64,000 nt of DNA from Candidatus Schekmanbacteria bacterium (GTDB taxonomy: Bacteria > CSSED10-310 > JACPHN01): assembly GCA_016188575.1 (NCBI GenBank), contig JACPHN010000012.1:8197-72196 (forward strand). Direction: 5' to 3'. Below, piece by piece: positions 18,295 to 29,378 of the stretch. How positions within the stretch are numbered: the stretch's first letter is position 1; every line of letters starts with the position of its first letter. Below the pieces are notes generated by a model. It worked only from the letters and a program-made list of their open reading frames with translations. It searched no databases and had not been told where the DNA came from. A program made the translations under genes and the position numbers.

Positions 18295-19860
18295 TCAGGA
18301 TTTCGCCTTGGCGCGAATCGTGCCCTTGCTCAATTCGAGCAGGGCTTGCGCCTCGGGAAAAGCTGCCAAGGCCCGTACTACCTGGTTCTGCGACTCGACC
18401 TGCACTTTGAAGCCGGCCTCGGGACCCCAGAGAACCGTCGCGATCTCGCGCTTCAGCGCGCGGCGAATCCCGTCCTTGTCCTTTTCCGACAGCACCGCGG
18501 GTAGCGCGCTACCCGCCGACCTCATGTGCTCGGCAAACCCCTGGAATATCTGCTCGGTGACCGCGAAATCCTCCTTCAGCTTCGAGCGATCTTCCGCGGA
18601 CGTCCACTGCACCGCGAACTTGAAGAACACCTGATCAGCCTCGAGTTTCTCGGTCACAGGAGTGAGCGTGCTTTCGAATTCGACCTCGATGTCCGGGTGA
18701 ATGCCCCCACCGCCCTTGACTTGGCGGCCGGCGTTTGAATAGAAAATCTCCTCCGCCGGTGTCGCCTCGCCCGCGGCCGCCTGCCGATAGCGCGCGTGGT
18801 ACGGCCTCTGGATCGACCTCCCGGAGGGCGTGTAATATTGTGCCGTTGTCACCTGGAGCGCTCCTTCGCGAACCGGGTAGAGACGCTGCACGAGTCCCTT
18901 GCCAAAGGTGTCGGTGCCAACGACGAGGCCGCGATCCCAGTCCTGGACTGCGCCAGCCACGATTTCCGACGCCGAGGCGGTGCCGCCATTGGTCAAAATC
19001 ACCAGCGGGACATCGGTGCGCAAGCGGGACTCTGATGCTTTGGACGCCTTGAACTCCAAGTCGCTTCCCGGGATCCTGCCCCGGGTGTACACGATGAGTC
19101 GCCCTTCGGGAAGTAGCAGATCCGAGACCTCTACTGCGGCGTTGAGCAAGCCCCCGGGATTGCCGCGAAAGTCCAGCAGCAGATGCTTCATGCCCTTCTT
19201 GGCCAGCGCCTCCACTGCTTCGCGGAGCTCTTTTGCCGTGGTCGAGGAAAAATTCGTGACGCGCACGTAGCCAGTGCCGCTGCGGATCATGAACGCATAC
19301 GGGACGCTCTTCAGGGGAATGGTGTCGCGCACCAGCGTGATGTCTTTGGCTTCAGCCCAGCCGATCCGCAGGATGGAGATGGTAACAGAAGTGCCTTCTT
19401 GGCCGCGAAGCTTGTTGATGACGTCCGACGAGCTCATCCCGTCGGTCGGAGCACCGTTGATCTTGACGATGCGATCCCCCGAGCGAATCCCGGCGGCATG
19501 CGCAGGCGTCCCTTCGATCGGCGAGATGACGGTGGGATAGCCGTCGCGAATGTCGAAGGAGACGCCGATTCCGCCGAAGGCGCCGGTCTGCTCCGCGGTC
19601 ATACGTGAATAGGTGTCGGCATCGAGGTAGTGCGTGTGAGGGTCGAGCATCCGCAGCATCCCGTAGATCGACCCCTCGACGAGGTCCTTTCGAGACTTGT
19701 CGTGAAACGCTTGCCGCTCGACGATGGCGAAGACTTCGGAAAACGCTCTCACGTTCGGTGACGCGGCCTGAGATCCATAGACCCGATGAGCCAGGCTCGT
19801 CACGAACAGCGAGGCAAGACCGAGAGCGAGAAGGGTTACGGCGATTGCTGATTTTCTCAT
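18295..19860 (-). CDS. ctpA: C-terminal processing peptidase (S41, CtpA/Prc-like) with PDZ domain
   Basis: PDZ (GIRSGDRIVKINGAPTDGMS), S41 core (LVILTNGGTASASEIVAGAVQD, GxxTFGKG). Start at MRKSAIAVTLLALGLA (ATG 19858-19860); the track ORF runs to 19995. Confidence 0.8.
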   Translation of the reverse strand: MRKSAIAVTLLALGLASLFVTSLAHRVYGSQAASPNVRAFSEVFAIVERQAFHDKSRKDLVEGSIYGMLRMLDPHTHYLDADTYSRMTAEQTGAFGGIGVSFDIRDGYPTVISPIEGTPAHAAGIRSGDRIVKINGAPTDGMSSSDVINKLRGQEGTSVTISILRIGWAEAKDITLVRDTIPLKSVPYAFMIRSGTGYVRVTNFSSTTAKELREAVEALAKKGMKHLLLDFRGNPGGLLNAAVEVSDLLLPEGRLIVYTRGRIPGSDLEFKASKASESRLRTDVPLVILTNGGTASASEIVAGAVQDWDRGLVVGTDTFGKGLVQRLYPVREGALQVTTAQYYTPSGRSIQRPYHARYRQAAAGEATPAEEIFYSNAGRQVKGGGGIHPDIEVEFESTLTPVTEKLEADQVFFKFAVQWTSAEDRSKLKEDFAVTEQIFQGFAEHMRSAGSALPAVLSEKDKDGIRRALKREIATVLWGPEAGFKVQVESQNQVVRALAAFPEAQALLELSKGTIRAKAKS

Positions 19861-19991
19861 GGGATGCGGCCGATCTGGGTTGCGAGCCGGCGAACCGCGG
19901 CGGCTCGCGCGATGCCTGTCATCTTCAACAATACCACGCCTGCGTGCCGCTGACAAGCATGACCCGTGCATGTCGTCGGCCATCGCCGGCT

Positions 19992-20639
19992 TCACTGCGG
20001 GGATACCTTTGGAGCCGCAGACAGGCGCATCGGCGGAGCATCAGGAGGGCGCAGCTCTTCCCGCTTTTGCTGCTCCTCCCGCTGGTCCACCAAGCGCTGT
20101 TCAATAACGGCGATCCACTGTTCGATTTGCGCCTTGTCCGGCGCGTCCGGTTCCAGCTCGAGGTACCGCGTCAGATAGTACCGAGCGTAGCGGAAGTGAT
20201 ACAGATTGTTCGCATAAATCACGCCAAGGTTTCTGGCGGCCTGGGGGACACCCGAATTGTAGAACAGAATGCGCAAATTCTCCTGCACTGCCTGTTGGTG
20301 CAGACCTTGCTTCCGGTAGAGCTCGGCGAGGTCGAGGCGTGCCGCGACGTCGCGAGAGTCGATCTCCAGTGCTCTCTGTAAGTAGCTCACGGCGACGGCC
20401 GGCTTGTTGAGGTAGATGTAGGTCAAACCAAGGGCATGGTGAGCCGGCGCCAGGTCGGGTTCCTGATGAATTGCCAGCTCGAGCTCGTCAACGGCTTTCT
20501 GCAGCTCCCCGCGGTCGAAGTAGTCGCGCCCCGTCTGGTAGTGCTGCACGGCCTTCTTGAGCCGGCGCCCGCAACCCAGCGCCAAGAAGCAACAACAGAC
20601 GGCAACCGACACACGAATCCAGTACGGGAGCTTTTTCAC
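19992..20639 (-). CDS. TPR-repeat lipoprotein (possible TadD-like pilotin)
   Basis: Lipobox FLALGC and several TPR-like repeats. 4-nt overlap with ctpA. Confidence 0.55.
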   Translation of the reverse strand: MKKLPYWIRVSVAVCCCFLALGCGRRLKKAVQHYQTGRDYFDRGELQKAVDELELAIHQEPDLAPAHHALGLTYIYLNKPAVAVSYLQRALEIDSRDVAARLDLAELYRKQGLHQQAVQENLRILFYNSGVPQAARNLGVIYANNLYHFRYARYYLTRYLELEPDAPDKAQIEQWIAVIEQRLVDQREEQQKREELRPPDAPPMRLSAAPKVSPQ

Positions 20640-20664
20640 GTTTCGTTCCGTTCGCGCTTGGATA

Positions 20665-21040
20665 CTATGGCAGCTCTTCCATGGCCAGCTCGTCGCCTAC
20701 GGCCAGCGCGTGTCGTGCCGCAGCTCCGGCCGGGAGCTCGATTACGCTCCTGGCTCCTTTTCCACCGCCAACGTGCCATCGGCCCGGGGCCAGGCCCGGG
20801 CACACGCGCGTCACTCTGAACGCCGAATCGAGAAACACGGCGTCTATTTCAAAGCGCATTCTCACGGTGTGTATGCTCGGGCACGGGATAATCCACATGC
20901 CATCTCCCTCCGCCAGTGAGGATCTGCCGAGCAGCCCTCGCATCCGCGAGAAAACCGTGGCGGCTTTCTCGGCTCGCGGCACAATGATCGCACCGGACGC
21001 CGCGTGGCGGATTCGGACCACGGGCAGGCTCTTCCCCATG
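20665..21040 (-). CDS. DUF192 (COG1430) domain protein
   Basis: Frame MGKSLPVVRIRH..RMRGLLGR..GMWIIPCPSIHTVRMRFEIDAVFLD..VIELPAG matches the DUF192 pattern. ATG at 21038-21040 with GAGAGGGAAAC upstream. Confidence 0.6.
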
Positions 21041-21070
21041 TTTCCCTCTCTTGCCTGTCCGCCGCCCCGG

Positions 21071-22603
21071 CTAGCTGCCGCCGCCGCCGAGCTCGGCGAG
21101 CTTTGCTTTCGCCTTCCTGTGGTATTCGTCACCGGGGTCCTTGGAGATCTCGAGCACTTTCTCCCATTGCCGGCGGGCTTCCGCGAGCTGGTTGAGCGAC
21201 TGGTAGGTAACACCCAGTCCAAACGCCTCTCTGGCGGCAACCTTGATGCGTTCAACCTCCTGCAACAGGGGCCGCGTGCGCTCCTGGATCTCTCGTTCGG
21301 CGCTCTTGACCTCGATGAGCACATTTGAGCTGTTCGGAAGACCGAGGCCCGAGACCTCCTCGATCTTGGCGCGGGCGACGTCGTAGTGGTTCAGGGCCGT
21401 GGCCGGCAAGCCGTCGTTTGCGGCCTTGCCTCCCTTTTCGATCGCCTCGCGAATAGCGGCCAACAGAGCCGTCGCTGCCGCCTCCATTGAGGTCACGGAC
21501 TGGCGCTTGGCAAGTGCCTGACGGGCGTTCGCGATGCCGGCGCTGGCCTGCGGGGATCCTGGGGATCGCTCGAGCACGCTTTGCCAGGCGGTGATGGCGC
21601 CGCTATAGTTTCCGGCGTTGAACAGCGCCTGTGCCTTGGCGCTTAGTGCGGCAGTCTCCTTGTCCTGAGCAGCTTCCATGTCCTTGAGCTTGGCGGCGAT
21701 ACGCTTCTCGATCTCCACAACGCGACCGCGCCCTTTGCTAGCCTCCGCGTTCTTGGGATCCAGTTGCAGTGCTTCATCGAAGGCTTTTCGCGCATCCGCG
21801 GCGCGGGTACGCGCGTGATCGAGCTCGGAGGCCGTCCTGGCTTGCGCGAACAGCTTCTCCAGGCCTTCCAGACTTTCGCGCGCCGCCCGCGCAGATACTT
21901 CGAGTCGTTTCTGAATTCGGAGCCGCTCGGTCTGTTCGGCGAGAAGCGGTTCGCCGGCAGCCGGCGTTGCGGGTATCGCCGTAGCCGTGGCAGGCGCGAT
22001 CTCGGGGGCGGCGACGGCAGCGCTGGCCACTGGTGTCGGTTGCGGATCCCGTTGTTTTCGTTTTCCCGAGGAACCCAGGACGACAACCATCAGCACCATG
22101 GCGATGGCGGCGATCAGGTAGAGTCTGCGCCGGCCACCTGTCGAGGCGGCCGGGCCCGCGCGCCGTCCCAGGCGAGCAGCGAGGCGATCGCGCCATCCGG
22201 TCTTCCTGGCGACAACCTGCACGCGCTGGCTGTCTTCGGCGCCGGGGGCCTTGCGTTTGCCCGCAATAGCGAACTTCAGGAACACGCGGCCCACCTGGAT
22301 GGTGTCCTCATCCTTGAGATAGCACTTTCGCGTCAGCTCCCCGTTGACGCGAATGCCATTGGTGCTTCCCAAATCCTTCAGCAGGTAGGTGCCGCCCTCG
22401 TAGGACAGGCGGATGTGATTGCGCGACACCGACGCGTCGGGGACCACGATGTCGCACTCTTTGGACCGGCCGATGATGACCTCGTCCTTGTCCAGCTCGA
22501 GCTCTTCCTTGTCCCCGCTCGGCAAGAACATGGTAACCCGTGTGCTCGGGCCCATGCGCCGCTTTTCGTAGACCTGTGTCCGCTCGAGCTCAGCCTCGTT
22601 CAC
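21071..22603 (-). CDS. FHA-domain membrane protein with C-terminal TPR-like region (paralog 1)
   Basis: FHA signature (IIGRSKECDIVV..SVSRNHIRL..LLKDLGSTNGIRVNG), then a TM segment (LIAAIAMVLMVVVLG) and helical TPR-like repeats. Confidence 0.7.
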   Translation of the reverse strand: MNEAELERTQVYEKRRMGPSTRVTMFLPSGDKEELELDKDEVIIGRSKECDIVVPDASVSRNHIRLSYEGGTYLLKDLGSTNGIRVNGELTRKCYLKDEDTIQVGRVFLKFAIAGKRKAPGAEDSQRVQVVARKTGWRDRLAARLGRRAGPAASTGGRRRLYLIAAIAMVLMVVVLGSSGKRKQRDPQPTPVASAAVAAPEIAPATATAIPATPAAGEPLLAEQTERLRIQKRLEVSARAARESLEGLEKLFAQARTASELDHARTRAADARKAFDEALQLDPKNAEASKGRGRVVEIEKRIAAKLKDMEAAQDKETAALSAKAQALFNAGNYSGAITAWQSVLERSPGSPQASAGIANARQALAKRQSVTSMEAAATALLAAIREAIEKGGKAANDGLPATALNHYDVARAKIEEVSGLGLPNSSNVLIEVKSAEREIQERTRPLLQEVERIKVAAREAFGLGVTYQSLNQLAEARRQWEKVLEISKDPGDEYHRKAKAKLAELGGGGS

Positions 22604-22610
22604 TCAGCAC

Positions 22611-23543
22611 CTAACGCGCCTTCAAAAAGGCCTCGGCCTCTGCGATCCTCGCTTCGGCATCCTTGCGAGTTGGATGATCCGGGCCGGCAAGGAATTGGAC
22701 GTACTTGAACGAGTTGATGGCCTCCTGGTACCGCAAAGCCTGCATTTCGACGTTGCCCTGCTGGTAGGATCTCTGAATGGCCTCTTCCAGGGCCTTTTGC
22801 GACTGTCCGAGCTTGAGCATCGCCAGCGTCCAGCCAGGTTCCCGGGCAAGCGCTTTCTCGAAAGATTCAATAGCTGTCTTGTACTCCCGCTGGTCGAACA
22901 GGATCACACCGGTGGTATACGCCTTCATGGCTTCCTGGTCGCGGCGCTTGGCCACATTCGGCTCGCCACTCTCCTTGACGAGGTCGTCGCGAATCCTGCC
23001 CAAGTCCAGCCCAGGGGTTGCTGTCGGACCCGCATCCGCGCCTTCCTTGGGCTTGCGCGGCTCCGAAACCGCCACCACCACGACGAGCAGAAACAGCACG
23101 GCGCCAATCCCGTAGATGGCGAGACGCATGGGGCTTCGCGCCGCGGCTCCCCCGGCTGATCGCTTTCGGCGCTGACCTCGCGGCGACGACTTCTGCCCGG
23201 CCATTTCGAAGCGAAACTGAGTATCGCCGATCTGAATGGTGTCGCCGGGCACGAGCGCCACCCGGTCGATGCGCTCGCCTCCCACGAGGACGCCGTTCTT
23301 GCTGCGCAGATCCGAGAGCACGAATTCGCCGCCGACAAACGCCACGCGGGCATGCACCGAAGATACTTTTTCATCCTCAAGGGCGATGTCGTTTGAGCCG
23401 AGCCGACCGATGTAGAGGGTCGGCGCGAGAATCTGGAACTCCAGATTTGCGCACTTCCCCTTCACGCCGACCAGCGACGCCTTGGGAAGCGCCGCTTCGC
23501 GGTCGTGTTCTTCGCCCGTTGGTCCGATGACTACATCTTCCAC
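22611..23543 (-). CDS. FHA-domain membrane protein with TPR-like region (paralog 2)
   Basis: FHA (YIGRLGSNDIAL..VSSVHARV..VLSDLRSKNGVLVGG), TM (LAIYGIGAVLFLLVVVVAV), TPR-like C-terminus. 7-bp gap to paralog 1. Confidence 0.7.
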   Translation of the reverse strand: MEDVVIGPTGEEHDREAALPKASLVGVKGKCANLEFQILAPTLYIGRLGSNDIALEDEKVSSVHARVAFVGGEFVLSDLRSKNGVLVGGERIDRVALVPGDTIQIGDTQFRFEMAGQKSSPRGQRRKRSAGGAAARSPMRLAIYGIGAVLFLLVVVVAVSEPRKPKEGADAGPTATPGLDLGRIRDDLVKESGEPNVAKRRDQEAMKAYTTGVILFDQREYKTAIESFEKALAREPGWTLAMLKLGQSQKALEEAIQRSYQQGNVEMQALRYQEAINSFKYVQFLAGPDHPTRKDAEARIAEAEAFLKAR

Positions 23544-23580
23544 TGTTCTCTCCGGGGCACCTCAGTTTGCGCCCGTGCTC

Positions 23581-25110
23581 CTAATCGCCTCGGGGTTCGA
23601 CTCGCGGTATCGCGCGAGTTTCCACCCCGACCTCCAGCGGTTCGATCAGGATCAAGTGCATTCCGCGTTTGCCGCCACCCGCGGCGATCCCGTGCACCTC
23701 TACGGCCACCGATCCGCCGGCCGTGACCTCGCGATGCCGAGCGCCGCGAACGGCTCCGGCTGACACCTTTTTCAGGCATTCTATCACGACGCTTCGCAAT
23801 TCGCCTTCGCGAAAAACCTCAAGCAGGTGACGGCCCCGCGGCTCGCGACCGGCGTTTCCGATCAGGCCTCTCGCGAGCGCATTAGCGAACGCCACGCGGT
23901 TGTCGGCCGTGACCAGAAGGACGCCATTGGGCAGGTGCTCCACCAGCCGTTGCACCGTCTCCAGCGGCAACGATTCCACTCCGAGCTCCTCGCCTCCGTG
24001 CGGTTCAGCCTGCTCGTCTACGCCCTTGTCCGCGCGCTCGAGGAAACGCTGGAGCGTCTCCGCCAACTGGTTGACTTCCCTGGCCTTGAATCGCGGCAGC
24101 GTCTGCCAGCTCCCATTCTTGATGCGAACCTCGAGCTCCTGGGTCAGATGGTCGATCGGGCGATACGCCAGCCGCGCCAGCACCAGGCTCACTGCCGCCG
24201 CGAATGCGCCGGCAAACAGCGCCAGCACTGCGATCAGAGCAAATGGCGCCTTGCCCTGCTTGCGGACATCGGCATAGGAAAAATCGATCACTGCGGTCCC
24301 AAGGCGCTCGTTGTCGAGGCGGATGGGGTAGGAGAGGCGGTCGGTGACCTCGTTGACCGACTGAACGAGAAGCTCCGGCGAGCGCGCCGCCTCCTGAAAT
24401 GTCGCGTCGGACACCGCCGCGGCCGGCACGAGGATGTGTCCCGTACGGTCCAGAACGTAGGCGCGCTCGACGCCCGGGTAGCGCGCAATTGTTTCACAGT
24501 CAATCAACCCAATTTTCGTCGCGGCCAGCGCCTCGCGGTTGGTAACCGCGTGGTACTGGACGGCAAGCAGCGAGCGCGTCTTCGCTTCCGCCTCCAGGGA
24601 ATCACGATACGATCCGGAGATCGGGATGCCCACCAGCATGCTCGAAAAAAGCACCAGCCCCACCACCCAAACCACCAAGCGCGCCCGCACTCCAAGCTCA
24701 GGTACCGGGATTTTCCCGCGGAGACCGGCCAGCACGCCCGTCGCGCGCGGCTTGTCGGCGGCTACCAGAGCCTCGTCGGCGCCCAGCACCGGCGCTCCCA
24801 CCGGCTCCTGCGGGCGCGCAGCGACATCCTCATCGATGTACTTCAGCAGATAGCTGCCGATCTCGATTGTGTCTTCATCCTGAAGCTCCCGGATCCGGAT
24901 CTCAACGTCATTGACGTACGTGCCGTTCAGGCTTCCAAGGTCGGAGAGAATCGCCTTTTGGTCGACCACCTCGATTTTCGCGTGACGCCGCGAGACGCCT
25001 CCTTCCGTAAGCTGGATCTGGTTGGAGCTGAGGCGACCGAGATAGTACTTTCCGTCCGCGAGCTCAAGCTCCCTTTCCTGGGTGCCGTCAATAATGATCA
25101 GTTTTTTCAT
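23581..25110 (-). CDS. FHA-domain membrane protein with two TM segments and a C-terminal PAS-like domain (paralog 3)
   Basis: FHA (YLGRLSSNQIQL..VSRRHAKI..ILSDLGSLNGTYVND), two TM segments, C-terminal sensor-like region. Starts 18 bp after the tadC stop. Confidence 0.7.
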   Translation of the reverse strand: MKKLIIIDGTQERELELADGKYYLGRLSSNQIQLTEGGVSRRHAKIEVVDQKAILSDLGSLNGTYVNDVEIRIRELQDEDTIEIGSYLLKYIDEDVAARPQEPVGAPVLGADEALVAADKPRATGVLAGLRGKIPVPELGVRARLVVWVVGLVLFSSMLVGIPISGSYRDSLEAEAKTRSLLAVQYHAVTNREALAATKIGLIDCETIARYPGVERAYVLDRTGHILVPAAAVSDATFQEAARSPELLVQSVNEVTDRLSYPIRLDNERLGTAVIDFSYADVRKQGKAPFALIAVLALFAGAFAAAVSLVLARLAYRPIDHLTQELEVRIKNGSWQTLPRFKAREVNQLAETLQRFLERADKGVDEQAEPHGGEELGVESLPLETVQRLVEHLPNGVLLVTADNRVAFANALARGLIGNAGREPRGRHLLEVFREGELRSVVIECLKKVSAGAVRGARHREVTAGGSVAVEVHGIAAGGGKRGMHLILIEPLEVGVETRAIPRVEPRGD

Positions 25111-25128
25111 CTACGGGTGGGGCTCAGC

Positions 25129-26040
25129 CTAGAACGCGGCAGCACTGAGGCCTTCGCCGCCAAGGATTTCGCCACGGAGCTGAAAGAATGCCAGTCCGAA
25201 CGAGCCGAACATGACGATGAAGATCGCAGGCAAGATGAAAAGCATGAGCGGGATCAGCACGAGGATGGAGGCTTGCGCTCCCGCCTTCTCCGCCCGCGAA
25301 AATCGCTCGGCACGCATCTTGTCGGCCTGAGCTCTGAGCACCACGCCGATCGATGCACCCATCTGGTCGGCCTGAATGAGCACCGCGGCGAAGGATGTGA
25401 TGTCGGAGATGCCGATGCGATGTGCCAGTGCACGCAACGACTCCGCCCGCGTCTTGCCCATGCGGATTTCCTTCAACATAGTTTGAAACTCGTCTTTGAG
25501 CGGCCCTGGTGAGCACTTCTCGACTACGCGCTGCAGGCCGATCTGGAAGTCCAGACCGGCTTCGACCGAGAGCGTCAACAGGTCGATGAAGTAGGGGAGC
25601 TGGCGGAGAATTTCCTTTCGGCGCTGGGTAACAAGCCCGGACAGCCAGAGGTTGGGAAACCAAAAGCCGACGACAAAGCACCCGCCGAGAATCGCCGGGT
25701 GCAACCGTTTGGTGAACGCGAAGCCGAGGCCCATCACCACGAAGCCAAAAACGACCTTGAACGCCAGAAATTCGTCGGGGGTCACCTCGCCGTGCAGTCC
25801 TGCGTGGACGAGTTGTTGTCCGACTCTTTTCCGCCACCTCGGCAAGCGCAAGTTCGTAACCACGGGGACGAAAGCCGAAAGAAAAGGATACAGCAGCTTG
25901 AAGAATAGATGCTCGGAACGGATCTGTTTTTTCTCGTATCCGAGAGTTTCTTTGACTTTTTGCTCTTCCTCGGACTCAAAGAACTGCCTGAAAAAGAGAG
26001 ACGCGGCTATGGCAGCCAGGACAAATATGGCGAAGTGCAT
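25129..26040 (-). CDS. tadC: Flp pilus assembly inner-membrane platform protein TadC (T2SSF family)
   Basis: T2SSF-domain pattern (DITSFAAVLIQADQMGASIGVVLRAQADKMRAERFSRAEKAGAQASILVLIPL). Confidence 0.8.
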   Translation of the reverse strand: MHFAIFVLAAIAASLFFRQFFESEEEQKVKETLGYEKKQIRSEHLFFKLLYPFLSAFVPVVTNLRLPRWRKRVGQQLVHAGLHGEVTPDEFLAFKVVFGFVVMGLGFAFTKRLHPAILGGCFVVGFWFPNLWLSGLVTQRRKEILRQLPYFIDLLTLSVEAGLDFQIGLQRVVEKCSPGPLKDEFQTMLKEIRMGKTRAESLRALAHRIGISDITSFAAVLIQADQMGASIGVVLRAQADKMRAERFSRAEKAGAQASILVLIPLMLFILPAIFIVMFGSFGLAFFQLRGEILGGEGLSAAAF

Positions 26041-26062
26041 GAGGTAACTCCTTCTCGTCCGG

Positions 26063-26911
26063 CTATACGCGAATCGTCACGAGTTTCTTGAGAACAAAGA
26101 AGCCCATAATGTCCAATGCGGCTGCTATGGCCATCATGAGCCAGCCTGCAGGCGTTGTCAGGAGCGGCATGACAATCTGTTTTTGCATTACATACATGAG
26201 TATGACAAACGCTACAGGGCTAAAGCAGGCCATTATGCCCTGAAGATATCCCTGCGCGGTCAGGGACTTTATCTTGTCCTCTACTTTCTTCCGCTCGCGA
26301 ATCGTGTATACGACTGTGTCAAACGTCTCGGCCAGGTTACCGCCTGTCTCTCTCAGCGTCAGGATCGAAGTTACTACCATGTCCAGGTCCTCGGACTGCA
26401 TGCGCTCATTCAGGTGCTTTAGCGCATCATCTAGCTGTGCCGACAACCGCTGCTCCTTCAGCACGAGACCCAGCTCGTCACTAATGGGTGCGTCCATTTC
26501 CGAGACGACAATGTGAAAGGATTGTAGCAGCGACAGGCCCGACCGCAGGGAGTTTGCAAGCAGTACCAGCGAGTCGACAAGCTGCCCGCCAAACGCATTA
26601 CGCCGCTTCTGCGCGCGTCGCTTCACATACAGGCGCGGAATCAGCCACCCGATCGCCCCAAGCGGCAATGCGGCCAGCGGGGATGGGTAGACGAGCCATC
26701 CGAGCACGGCGCCGGCGGTACCCCCGCCGACAAACATCAGAATGCACTGCGCCTTGGTGACTTCGACGAATTGTCGGTCGAGCTCATCATGCAGCCATTC
26801 GGCGTATCCTGTCGTCCAGGCAATGACGGCCCGCTCCACGGCCTGGTAGTTCAGCCCGAGAATGGCGATACACGCGGCAGAGATGAGACCGAACAGCAGG
26901 ATGTCGTGCAT
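26063..26911 (-). CDS. tadB: Flp pilus assembly platform protein TadB (T2SSF family)
   Basis: T2SSF-domain pattern (LRSGLSLLQSF..DLDMVVTSILTLRETGGNLAETFD). Confidence 0.8.
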   Translation of the reverse strand: MHDILLFGLISAACIAILGLNYQAVERAVIAWTTGYAEWLHDELDRQFVEVTKAQCILMFVGGGTAGAVLGWLVYPSPLAALPLGAIGWLIPRLYVKRRAQKRRNAFGGQLVDSLVLLANSLRSGLSLLQSFHIVVSEMDAPISDELGLVLKEQRLSAQLDDALKHLNERMQSEDLDMVVTSILTLRETGGNLAETFDTVVYTIRERKKVEDKIKSLTAQGYLQGIMACFSPVAFVILMYVMQKQIVMPLLTTPAGWLMMAIAAALDIMGFFVLKKLVTIRV

Positions 26912-26919
26912 GAGCGCTC

Positions 26920-29193
<2,274 letters not shown>

Positions 29194-29378
29194 GAGGTGA
29201 CTTTCCGCATGATGCGAAACCGTGAGAAGCGGTCATTATGGGGACAGGGGGCGCCACTGCAGCATAGTTTTTCGCCCAGGGAATTGTCAACGCTCGCCGG
29301 CGATGACGGCGGCGGGCGTGCCAGGGCCACCGTAGGAAAAGCGGATGGCCCTGGGAATGCCTGCGCTCGGTCGCGCGG

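Noticed and set aside
20681-21328. 215-aa plus-strand ORF overlapping DUF192
   Set aside because: The opposite strand encodes a recognisable DUF192 domain with an RBS.
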